The notes under the pieces: model-generated
The model's database searches: none
Told to the model about the DNA's origin: nothing
The model's input: only the letters and a program-made list of their open reading frames with translations
Translations under genes and position numbers: made by a program
IMG/VR virus record: IMGVR_UViG_3300032322_001765
Coordinates: 1-64,000 of that record
Direction: 5' to 3' (one strand)
DNA length: 64,000 nt
In this document: positions 6,820 through 15,684 of the stretch, piece by piece
How the letters are laid out: each line of letters starts with the position of its first letter
Position numbering within the stretch: the stretch's first letter is position 1

Positions 6820-6848
6820 ATTGTAGCACCTAAATATTTATTTGTCAA
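6820..6848 (-). promoter_or_regulatory. sigma70-type promoter
   Basis: TTGACA (6848-6843)-17-TACAAT (6825-6820) with an extended -10 TG. Confidence 0.8.
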
Positions 6849-7278
6849 TTTTTAAAAACTGTAGTGCTTTTGACAACACTTCTTGTTGTTTGCTGTACGC
6901 ATCATATTCCCATGGCAAATTGATGTACTCGTCATATGGCATAGATTCTGATAAGTTTTTAGTAATTAAAACCCCATGCCAATAAAACTCACCTTTTCTA
7001 GTTATTTTCAAAACTTTGGTAAATTTTTGATGGACATGAATTAGTTCGTGGACAAGAATCAATGGCACTGACTCAATAGGTAAATCATGATTTATGCCAA
7101 TTCGATTCATATGAATCATATCAATGCCACCGTATACAGACTTGCCTAAATCGTATATACAAACTTCTATAATAGGCGGCAGTTCAATGATATTTGATAC
7201 TGCAAGTGCTATTTTATCAACGATATTTTCATATCGCCAATTGTAGTTATTATTTTGATAAAAATATTTTACGTTCAC
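6838..7278 (-). CDS. Zincin-like metallopeptidase
   Basis: HELIH (HExxH) and downstream PWEYDA. GTGA overlap with the upstream gene. Confidence 0.7.
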   Translation of the reverse strand: MNVKYFYQNNNYNWRYENIVDKIALAVSNIIELPPIIEVCIYDLGKSVYGGIDMIHMNRIGINHDLPIESVPLILVHELIHVHQKFTKVLKITRKGEFYWHGVLITKNLSESMPYDEYINLPWEYDAYSKQQEVLSKALQFLKIDK

Positions 7279-8084
7279 ACGTGTTGAATAGTTGAAAAAC
7301 TTTTATCTAATATTTTTTGTCTTTCTTGTTTTGTTCTTGCGCCCAAAACAATAATGTTGTACAACTGGTTATTTGAAACAACTAACATAGTAATACAAAA
7401 TCCTGCTGCTCTCGTAAAACCAGTCTTAATTGTTATTACACCATTTTGACCAAAATAGTTACTTGTTGCTTTACTAGTCAACACGAAATTTTTTGGTTCA
7501 CGATTTTGTTTTCTTTTCTTTTTCACCTTTTTAATTTTTTTGGTAATGACGCCTTCGGGTGTAGTTATAACCTTTTGTGATTGTGCAGCACTTTTTACAA
7601 TGTCAAAAGTACTCACCGCATTTGTAAGTAAAATTAAATCGTTTACAGAACTATGATTCATTGGGCTTAGACCAGTTGGTTCTACAAATCCTGAATTATG
7701 CATCCCAAGGGTTCGTGCATAATCATTCATTTTGTTTATGAAAGAGGGTTGACCACCAGGGTAATGTTGAGACAAAGTAATTGCTGCTACATTGTCACTA
7801 CTAATAAGAGCCATGTTAACTAACTCTTTTCTAGTTAGAATCATACCTTTCTGTAATTTAGTATTAGGTGTTCTACTTGAGGTTACCTTTAATTTTTCAG
7901 TAAGGTCTTGTTTTTCTTTTAATACAGTATACACAGTTAACAACTTGCTAATGCTAGCAATACTAACCTGTTCTGAATTAAGTGATCCTTGAATGACTTC
8001 ACCGTTACTAACATTGTAAACAACACTAGTAGGTGCGGCAAAGCAAAAGCAAGGAACTAATAAAAGTAAAAATAATTTTCGCAT
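7275..8084 (-). CDS. D-alanyl-D-alanine carboxy/endopeptidase (peptidase S11, PBP5/PBP7-like), secreted
   Basis: SISK (SxxK), SDN (SxN) and KTG motifs are all intact. The signal peptide MRKLFLLLLVPCFCFA implies a start at 8084. Confidence 0.85.
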   Translation of the reverse strand: MRKLFLLLLVPCFCFAAPTSVVYNVSNGEVIQGSLNSEQVSIASISKLLTVYTVLKEKQDLTEKLKVTSSRTPNTKLQKGMILTRKELVNMALISSDNVAAITLSQHYPGGQPSFINKMNDYARTLGMHNSGFVEPTGLSPMNHSSVNDLILLTNAVSTFDIVKSAAQSQKVITTPEGVITKKIKKVKKKRKQNREPKNFVLTSKATSNYFGQNGVITIKTGFTRAAGFCITMLVVSNNQLYNIIVLGARTKQERQKILDKSFSTIQHV

Positions 8085-8164
8085 ATAATATTTATTATAC
8101 ATTACAACAGTAGAAATATGAAGCTATAAAGGTAAGGTAAAAGGTGATAAGTAGCCACTCTTTT

Positions 8165-8172
8165 TATAAATA
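8165..8172 (+). promoter_or_regulatory. T4-type late promoter box
   Basis: TATAAATA, 5 nt before ATG 8178. Confidence 0.7.
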
Positions 8173-8177
8173 TCGAG

Positions 8178-9305
8178 ATGACACTGGAAGAACTGGATGC
8201 TACAGCCAAACAAGCTTACTACAGTATGGATTTACCCACTGCTTTGCGCTGCTATGCTGAAGCATTTGTAAGATATCCTAAGTTGGCACTTGCCTACAAC
8301 AACTATGGAAATATTTTAAGAGAAACGGGTTATCCTGAAGAAGCATATGGGTTTTTGGAGACAGCCATGAAGCTTGACCCAACTGATAGAAATTTCCCAT
8401 TTAATTATGCTGTTGCTCATTTAGCAGCAGGAGATTTAGAAAAAGGGTGGGAACTTTTTGAGGCTCGATGGAGATTTAAACATCACGAACACACTTTAGA
8501 AGGATGGACTAAACCTAGATGGAATGGAGAATCGATAGCAGGCAAACGGTTACTTATCACCTGTGAAGAAGGTGACGGTGACAATATTCAATTTATAAGA
8601 TTTGTTGATCAACTAAGTGAACTTGATATTGAACCAATCATACAAACAGAAGTGCAATTAGAAAAATTATTTAAAAATAGTTTTCCTAAATTTACAGTAA
8701 TTAATAATACTCAAGAATTTGATGACTTTGATTATTGGACTCCTATTTTAAGTATTCCCAAATGTCTAAACATAACGTATGCTAATTTACCAAAAAGTAA
8801 AAAATATTTACAAGCATCAAACAAAAGTTTACAAAAATGGAAAAAAGTTATAGGCAAAAAAACTAAACCAATTATTGGATTATGTTGGAGCGGCACAAGC
8901 AAACGTTATCCGTTAGCTGAACTAATTAAATTATTGCCGGCTACAAAAGAATATGATTATGTTAATTTACAAATAAAATACACGGATGAAGAAAAAAGTA
9001 TTTTAGAAATTAATAATGTAAAGTGTTTTAAAGAAAATGTTAAGGATTGGGAAGATACGGCTGCATTAATTGATTACTGTGATATGGTTATAAGCATAGA
9101 CACAGGAATAGTACACTTAGCAGGATCGTTAAACAAACAAACAGTTTTGTTGTTAGACAAATACAAATCGTGTTGGCGTTGGTTATATGATAGTGAAAAG
9201 ACTTTATGGTATGATAGTTTAACCTTAATTAGACAAAGAGAACAGAATAATTATGATGAACAACTTTTTAGAGTATGGGAAACTATTAAACGTAACGGTC
9301 TGTAA
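8178..9305 (+). CDS. TPR-repeat glycosyltransferase (GT9/heptosyltransferase-like C-terminus)
   Basis: N-terminal TPRs (AYNNYGNIL, FNYAVAHL), W-x-G-E-x-x-x-GK...EEGDGDNIQF, and ISIDTGIVHLAG...CWRW. Confidence 0.8.
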   Translation: MTLEELDATAKQAYYSMDLPTALRCYAEAFVRYPKLALAYNNYGNILRETGYPEEAYGFLETAMKLDPTDRNFPFNYAVAHLAAGDLEKGWELFEARWRFKHHEHTLEGWTKPRWNGESIAGKRLLITCEEGDGDNIQFIRFVDQLSELDIEPIIQTEVQLEKLFKNSFPKFTVINNTQEFDDFDYWTPILSIPKCLNITYANLPKSKKYLQASNKSLQKWKKVIGKKTKPIIGLCWSGTSKRYPLAELIKLLPATKEYDYVNLQIKYTDEEKSILEINNVKCFKENVKDWEDTAALIDYCDMVISIDTGIVHLAGSLNKQTVLLLDKYKSCWRWLYDSEKTLWYDSLTLIRQREQNNYDEQLFRVWETIKRNGL

Positions 9306-9570
9306 ATATTCCTCGTACTGTGCTTCTTGCTAGTAATCTTTGTTCTTTAATAGATTCATAAAATTCATAATTTCTTATGAACTCTGTATCTTTTTCGTAA
9401 TTATAATTTCTTAATAACCTGTGATATTCTTGCAAAGTTAATAGTTTACTTAGTTCTTCCCAATTAACTTCTCTATTTTTTTCCGCATGCCATCTTTGAA
9501 CTTGGTCATTTCTTATTGACCATTGTGATACTTCATTTAGTAGTGTGGATGATATTCTAGGAATAGTCAT
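9286..9570 (-). CDS. Hypothetical protein
   Basis: Last gene of the long minus-strand run. Overlaps the convergent gene by 20 nt. Confidence 0.6.
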   Translation of the reverse strand: MTIPRISSTLLNEVSQWSIRNDQVQRWHAEKNREVNWEELSKLLTLQEYHRLLRNYNYEKDTEFIRNYEFYESIKEQRLLARSTVRGIFTDRYV

Positions 9571-9576
9571 TTGACA

Positions 9577-9711
9577 TTAATCGAACAAATCATCTTTTTT
9601 GTCAGGTTGAACCCATTCATTATATAATATAAAAAATGCTATACTAATTGCACCCATTAATAGGACACCAACTAAAAATCCGATTATAAAATACAATTGT
9701 TCAACACCCAT
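9577..9711 (-). CDS. 44-aa single-pass membrane protein (not in ORF track)
   Basis: MGVEQLYFIIGFLVGVLLMGAISIAFFILYNEWVQPDKKDDLFD. An ATAAATA box (9724-9718) lies 6 nt upstream. Confidence 0.65.
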   Translation of the reverse strand: MGVEQLYFIIGFLVGVLLMGAISIAFFILYNEWVQPDKKDDLFD

Positions 9712-9720
9712 AATAAGTAT

Positions 9721-12102
9721 TTATGACTGTAAATTATTGGTATTAGTGTAATGATTATAGAGCCATTCCCAATCGTAACTTAATTTTAATTTATCAAATT
9801 CACCATTAACTGTTTCATAGTAATCTACCGCATCTTTTGCACCTTTTAAAGACCACTGACTAAATTGCCCATCAGCTACACTTAACCAAACATCTAATCT
9901 ATATCTACTTTGTTCATCAATTACATTTAAAGAATTATATTTTAACTTGATGACTTCTCTAAACGCAGTTCGCCAAGTATCCCATTCGCTAGTATTATAA
10001 ATACCTATTCCAGAATTTATATTGACTAAAGTATGAGGGCTATCTAATGTAAAATCTAGTCCTTTGCCAGTAGTTGATAGGGTAAGATTTTTGTTATTTA
10101 AAACAACAGCCATATGTCCATATTCTAACCCATTTAAAATATTTGTGGCAGTGAAGATATAATGTTTTGAAGTATGAGTTCGTTTTGGTTGATAACTAAA
10201 ATCAAAATTAGGACTGACCTTACACTTGCTGTTTATTAAAAAGTACCAAGGAGTTAAAGCAGCGTTTGCTGCTGCATGTTGACTCGCAACTCTTCCTTTA
10301 ACGTTACTAACTTTTATTACTCTATTCGGCAAATGTTTAGTTACTTCTAATAAATGTTCGTAGCGGTCATTTTCACCTTGTTCTCCGTTACTTAAAAATA
10401 TAATATCTAATGGTTCATGACGATACCCTAAATTATGATATTTGACATATGGATAATCTTCTAATTTATCGTACATCTTTACTTTTGCATTCTTAGGAAT
10501 CAAAGCTGCAACATCATCTACAATATGAACGTGTGGTATTGAGTCATCTGAAATTATATTAGAGAAATTAAGATTAATATTGCCTATATAGGTATATGTG
10601 GTTTCTTCTTTGTATTCATTTATTCTATCAAAAATACTATCAATATACTCTACTTCGTTTATTTTTAAATCACATTTAATCTCATTTATAAATTTATTAC
10701 TTTGTGCATTTTTTGATTTATAAATTACTGTTGGCATATTTTCGCTAGAATGATACTGGTTACCAAACACGTAATTATATTTTTCTTCTGTATCATCTGG
10801 ATGCCAACTAAAATCAAAACTATCAATGTTAATTGGTTCAACAACTCTAAAATTACGTATATTTGGTAATTTGATTACTCGTTGATCCGAACAATATTTT
10901 TTTATAGCTACACTAGATTCAACATATATAGGACCGCCGGTTTTTTGCCATTGAGTTCCAAATTCATAATTCATCAACGGATCATGTGGATTAGGCACCC
11001 AGCCGTAATCGAACATTCTGTCATCAATATCATTAGGTATTTTCCAGTTTTCTTTATTTGGTAATAAAACTGCTTTTATATCTTTGATATATTTTTTATC
11101 AGTCGCATCTTTAACTCTATATTGGTAGGTTGGCATAGTTTCACCATCATACCATTGATTACCAAAAACATAGATGTAGGGAGGGTCGTGCGGGTTCGGC
11201 ACCCAACTTTGATCTATTACTGCATTATTAACTAATGGGCGCCAGCATCTACTATCAACATCAGGTAACAAAGTTGCTAACAAATCATGTACATATTTCT
11301 TTTCAATAGCTCCTTTTACCTTATACTGATAAGTAGGCATTGTTTTACTATCATACCATTGATTACCAAAAACATAAATGTACGGCGGCTCCGTTTCGTC
11401 TGGGTGCCATGAAAAATCAATTGTGCTGTTGCTAACTAAAGGTCTCCAACATCTATCATTACTGTCAGGTAATTTTTTTACTTTTTGAAAGTCAACATAC
11501 TTAACACCATGTGCATTTTCATTTATGTACGTAGGTCCTCCTGTCTTCTGCCATTGAGTTCCGAACTGCCAATTTAAGGGAGGTTCGTATGGATTAGGGC
11601 ACCAACTATAATCAAAGTTACTATCATCAATATTATCAGGAATTTGCCACTTATCTTTGTTTGATAATAAAGTAGCTTTTACATTGTATACATATTTCTT
11701 ATCTGTTGCACCTTTAACTCTATATTGGTATGTGGGCATTGTTTCACTATCATGCCATTGATTACCAAATACATAGATAAAGGGAGGGTCAGTATCGTCA
11801 GGATGCCAACTGTAATCAATAGTTGCATTGGCAATGAGAGGTCTCCAACATCGATTATTAGAATCAGGCAATCTTATTGCGTGTTGAAGATTTTGATATT
11901 TTATTCCTTCATGCTGCGGCACGATGAATTTAGGTCCGCCTGTCTTCTGCCACTGAGTTCCAAATTGATGTATGTAGGGTCTTTCGTAGATATAAGGGCG
12001 CCAATTAAAATCAAAGTTACTTGTATCTAATCCTTCTGGTATCTCCCAATAACCTTGTTCATTTAATTTTTTTCTGCGTTCTAGTTCTTCTTCACTATAC
12101 AT
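9721..12102 (-). CDS. Tandem-repeat protein with C-terminal GT-A-like domain
   Basis: Seven ~66-aa W/P-rich repeats (FD[FY]SWxP...FG[NT]QW), then a domain paralogous to 19771-20718. Confidence 0.75.
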   Translation of the reverse strand: MYSEEELERRKKLNEQGYWEIPEGLDTSNFDFNWRPYIYERPYIHQFGTQWQKTGGPKFIVPQHEGIKYQNLQHAIRLPDSNNRCWRPLIANATIDYSWHPDDTDPPFIYVFGNQWHDSETMPTYQYRVKGATDKKYVYNVKATLLSNKDKWQIPDNIDDSNFDYSWCPNPYEPPLNWQFGTQWQKTGGPTYINENAHGVKYVDFQKVKKLPDSNDRCWRPLVSNSTIDFSWHPDETEPPYIYVFGNQWYDSKTMPTYQYKVKGAIEKKYVHDLLATLLPDVDSRCWRPLVNNAVIDQSWVPNPHDPPYIYVFGNQWYDGETMPTYQYRVKDATDKKYIKDIKAVLLPNKENWKIPNDIDDRMFDYGWVPNPHDPLMNYEFGTQWQKTGGPIYVESSVAIKKYCSDQRVIKLPNIRNFRVVEPINIDSFDFSWHPDDTEEKYNYVFGNQYHSSENMPTVIYKSKNAQSNKFINEIKCDLKINEVEYIDSIFDRINEYKEETTYTYIGNINLNFSNIISDDSIPHVHIVDDVAALIPKNAKVKMYDKLEDYPYVKYHNLGYRHEPLDIIFLSNGEQGENDRYEHLLEVTKHLPNRVIKVSNVKGRVASQHAAANAALTPWYFLINSKCKVSPNFDFSYQPKRTHTSKHYIFTATNILNGLEYGHMAVVLNNKNLTLSTTGKGLDFTLDSPHTLVNINSGIGIYNTSEWDTWRTAFREVIKLKYNSLNVIDEQSRYRLDVWLSVADGQFSQWSLKGAKDAVDYYETVNGEFDKLKLSYDWEWLYNHYTNTNNLQS

Positions 12103-13586
12103 TAGCTACACACTTTTACACCATACAACGTTTCAAATCTATCTGCGTCACTTCTATCATTGACCATAGGTTCGCCTCGTATGTTTAATGATGTATTTAA
12201 GAGCATAGGACAACCAGTCATAATATACCATTTTTCTAGCAATTCTCTGATTCCCGAACCATCTTTTTTAACTGTCTGTACTCGACTGGTGCCGTCAACA
12301 TGGCATATAGCAGGAAAAGAATCAGGAAACTTACAATTAGCGATTGATTGCATATAAGGGCTATGATCCCACCCATTACAGAAATCAAAATACTGGTCAG
12401 CCATTTCATAAAGTATGACAGGGGCGAAGGGTCTAAATTGTTGTCTACGCTTAATTTCATTCACTTTGCCTTTTATATCAATTTGTCTAGGATCAGCCAG
12501 TAAACTTCTATTGCCCAATGCTCTAGGACCAAACTCTGCTTTTCCTGATGCAACACCAACTATTTTATTTTTAAGTAATTCATCTAATATATTATTAACA
12601 GGATACTTACCTTTTATATCATATCCTAAATATGCAGTGTTCCAATTAATAGCCATCCCATATGCAAGCGCAGCAGCACCTAAACTACTACCTGCATCAC
12701 CTGGATTAGGCATTATCCAAATATTATCAAAGTAATGTCCTAAATTTCTATTTGCTAAACAATTTAAGGCAACGCCGCCCATATAAACTAAATTACTACT
12801 AAAATTAAAATCCTTTGCTCTACGCATCACATTATAGATTAAATTTTCTGCTAAGTCTTGCGCACCTCTTGCAATTATAAATTCATCCATTGTGTCAAAC
12901 TCTTTATCATTTAATCCTAAATGTAAATTTTCTTTAAACTGAATTTCCCACTCATCGTTAATAAAATAATCTTTAAGTTGGTTTTTAAAAAGTTCACTAC
13001 TTACGCCATACGCACTCATACCCATTAAAATATATTCTTCTTCCATAGGTTCTAATCCGGCTTTTTGTGTCATTGCACTATAAAATAAACCTATACTATT
13101 TGGATAACCTTGACGCCATAACAACTTATATTTTGCAGCTCCCATATGGTTATACTCAGCAGCCCATATACTTATAGTGTCAAACTCTCCGATAGCGTCT
13201 ATTACAACTACAGTAGCTCTTTGAAAGGGGCTAGTTTGAAATCCGGCTGCGGCGTGACTTAAATGATGGTTATACGAAACAATTTTTTGATTAGATTTAA
13301 GTAATGGTTTAATTTGATCATTTAATACTTGTTTAGTTGTCAATTTATTAATTTGTAAACCTTCACCAGAATACAAACGTCTTAATTGTTTTTTAAAAGG
13401 ATTCTCATAATAAGCAATCGTGCTGATATTATAGTTTTGTACTTCTTGAATTAAATTTTCACAAATATTTTTATCATTTTTTATTTTACTATAACGCTCA
13501 CTATGCCCAGCAAAAACTATGCCACCTGTATTATTAATGACTGTTAATGCTGCATCATGAAAACCTGCACTAATACCAAGTATCAT
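12102..13586 (-). CDS. O-carbamoyltransferase, NodU/CmcH/TobZ family
   Basis: HDAA...ERYSK, HHLSH, GGVALNC, GDAG, EFGPRALGNRSLLADP, FRPFAP, HVDGTSRVQTV and LNTSLN are all present. Confidence 0.95.
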   Translation of the reverse strand: MILGISAGFHDAALTVINNTGGIVFAGHSERYSKIKNDKNICENLIQEVQNYNISTIAYYENPFKKQLRRLYSGEGLQINKLTTKQVLNDQIKPLLKSNQKIVSYNHHLSHAAAGFQTSPFQRATVVVIDAIGEFDTISIWAAEYNHMGAAKYKLLWRQGYPNSIGLFYSAMTQKAGLEPMEEEYILMGMSAYGVSSELFKNQLKDYFINDEWEIQFKENLHLGLNDKEFDTMDEFIIARGAQDLAENLIYNVMRRAKDFNFSSNLVYMGGVALNCLANRNLGHYFDNIWIMPNPGDAGSSLGAAALAYGMAINWNTAYLGYDIKGKYPVNNILDELLKNKIVGVASGKAEFGPRALGNRSLLADPRQIDIKGKVNEIKRRQQFRPFAPVILYEMADQYFDFCNGWDHSPYMQSIANCKFPDSFPAICHVDGTSRVQTVKKDGSGIRELLEKWYIMTGCPMLLNTSLNIRGEPMVNDRSDADRFETLYGVKVCS

Positions 13587-13687
13587 TTGTATATGAAGGG
13601 ATCTCTTTTTCGTAATTCTTTGAGTTTTTTTCGATATTTATATTCACGAATTACAAAATAGTACAATTCAATAATTTTTTTAATCAT
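13583..13687 (-). CDS. 34-aa basic peptide preceding the carbamoyltransferase (not in ORF track)
   Basis: MIKKIIELYYFVIREYKYRKKLKELRKRDPFIYK. ATGA overlap with 13586 and start overlapping the upstream stop. Confidence 0.75.
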   Translation of the reverse strand: MIKKIIELYYFVIREYKYRKKLKELRKRDPFIYK

Positions 13688-14540
13688 TTTTTATCCAATT
13701 AATCACCGTCTCCGCTACTTGCTTATTAAAATAAATACCCGGATGCGATCCATTGCCTTTTTTATCTTTTTGATTAAGTATATTTAGATCAATATCTCTA
13801 GCAGAATATTTGTTTATAAAATCCATGTCAAAAACTTTGGTTTTTACTATTGGTATTTGAAACTGTTCTAACGGTATATGTGTAATTTTTTTATGGTCTT
13901 TTAAAAATTGATCTAAATTACTTTGGTAAGTCGTAAATTCAAAAATTTTAATATTTAAAGACTTGCAAAGCAAGGAAATTGTCTTTCTATAAAAAGCAAA
14001 CCTATTATTAATATGTGAATTTTCTAGAAGAAAGCAGGTATATGCAGGTTTCCAAAATGGCGCCATAGGATTATTAACCAAATAAAACTCTAGTTTATCA
14101 TTAGTCCAGTAACAATTTCTTGTTAATTCAGGCCAATTTATAATAATTGCTTTAGGCCTACATTCATCATTTGATAGCATTTCTATAATATTTAAAAAAC
14201 TAAAATCAACTGATGCCCCACCTATTGCCCCGTTTACATAATCTAATCTCAAAGCTTTGCTAGTAATATAAGAAAATGTTTCTTCTAATGGTAATCCTGT
14301 GCCAGTTGTAAAACTGCAACCAAAAAATGCTATATAATTAGATAAATTTACTTCATCTAATTCTTTTTCCATTCTATATCCATAAGAATTAAACTTGTAT
14401 AGAATTTTACGATTAGACCATATCCATTTATCACCAAATTTTTCTTTATTTTTTACAAATTTTTCTTCCGGATCACCGGGATAAAATTCAGCAGATAAAT
14501 TTAATTCATTTTCATACGGAGATTTCAGTAAATAAGTCAT
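13680..14540 (-). CDS. SGNH/GDSL-like hydrolase or acyltransferase
   Basis: FFGCSFTTG (block I-like), GGASVD, RD...SHPG (block V-like). Likely start is ATG 14540. Confidence 0.6.
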   Translation of the reverse strand: MTYLLKSPYENELNLSAEFYPGDPEEKFVKNKEKFGDKWIWSNRKILYKFNSYGYRMEKELDEVNLSNYIAFFGCSFTTGTGLPLEETFSYITSKALRLDYVNGAIGGASVDFSFLNIIEMLSNDECRPKAIIINWPELTRNCYWTNDKLEFYLVNNPMAPFWKPAYTCFLLENSHINNRFAFYRKTISLLCKSLNIKIFEFTTYQSNLDQFLKDHKKITHIPLEQFQIPIVKTKVFDMDFINKYSARDIDLNILNQKDKKGNGSHPGIYFNKQVAETVINWIKND

Positions 14541-15684
14541 GTAATATTTTATAAAATTCAGAAAAAGTATTTTGATAGGTTTCGTTTCTTGATTCATCTA
14601 ACCATTTATTATATTTAATTCCTTGTTTAAACATTTCAACATTTTCATCTTTAGACACATGACTCAATAAATGCTGATAATTTTTAAGTTTATCAGTTAA
14701 TTTGTATTTTAGGGTTTCGGGTAAAATTCTTACGCTATAAAATTTTGGGTCATAAACAATATTTGATTGAACCTTAATATTTAAATTATTAAAATATTCC
14801 ATAAACTCAGGAACATAATAAATGTTCATCCAACTTATAGTCTGTGTTACACTTGTGTTTATCCAACTATTTTCTTTAAGTTTTTGTAAATTATATTCTA
14901 CATCATCCCATTTAGTTCCTTTTCTGATATAGTCGTTACGCTTACCTAAATCGTCAATACTACAATGTACTTCTACTTCTTTAAAGTTTTTCCAAATGTC
15001 TAATAATTGATTTGGTAGGTTAGACATATTAATACTATACCATAATTTTATTTGTTTGTTTAATCCATGTTCGATAAGTCTTTCTAAATAATTCCAATGT
15101 TTCTCTACTAAAGTAGGTTCACCCCCGTTTATATAAATTAACTCAACATCTTGACTGTGTGATAACAAGTCATTCCAAAATTCATCTGATTGTGTCCAAT
15201 TTGAATTAATCTTATTATCGTAAATTGTAACAAAATTTAATTCAGATTGAAGTTTATTGTACTCACTTATCCATTGAGTACTTGATGCCGGATTACATGT
15301 TCTACATTTTGCATTGCATAAGTTCCCTAACCTTAATTCAATAAACTTAAAATTAGGTTTTATAATTCCGTTTATATCATCATAGTCAGTGCCATATCGA
15401 GAAAGTTCTAATTTTCTTTTACTTTGTAAATTTAAATCTTCTTCTTGGTAACATCTTAAACATGCTTGTGGTTTTATTCCATTGCGCATTTCGTTACGTG
15501 TCTGTACAAAAAAATCGCTATTAACTATTTCTATAACCTTATTTTGATTTAAATTTAATTTTTTTCCGTTGGTTCTAGCAAAACTCATACTGTTAGTATG
15601 ATCACTAATGCAACATAATGAACTAGTTCCTTCAGGATGTGTTGCTAAATGCATCCATGGCAATGGACAAAAAGTGTCGGTCAT
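14512..15684 (-). CDS. Radical SAM protein with N-terminal Twitch-type domain
   Basis: CNAKCRTC (CxxxCxxC), INGGEP, and N-terminal C..W...LCC...CLRC. Confidence 0.9.
   Translation of the reverse strand: MTDTFCPLPWMHLATHPEGTSSLCCISDHTNSMSFARTNGKKLNLNQNKVIEIVNSDFFVQTRNEMRNGIKPQACLRCYQEEDLNLQSKRKLELSRYGTDYDDINGIIKPNFKFIELRLGNLCNAKCRTCNPASSTQWISEYNKLQSELNFVTIYDNKINSNWTQSDEFWNDLLSHSQDVELIYINGGEPTLVEKHWNYLERLIEHGLNKQIKLWYSINMSNLPNQLLDIWKNFKEVEVHCSIDDLGKRNDYIRKGTKWDDVEYNLQKLKENSWINTSVTQTISWMNIYYVPEFMEYFNNLNIKVQSNIVYDPKFYSVRILPETLKYKLTDKLKNYQHLLSHVSKDENVEMFKQGIKYNKWLDESRNETYQNTFSEFYKILHDLFTEISV

Noticed and set aside
9721-12102. Repeat array as a diversity-generating retroelement target
   Set aside because: No reverse transcriptase or template repeat in the window, and the differences between repeats are not adenine-restricted.
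13583-13687. Apparent frameshift in the A-run at 13675-13681
   Set aside because: A recount gives seven bases, so the 34-aa ORF is intact from ATG 13687.
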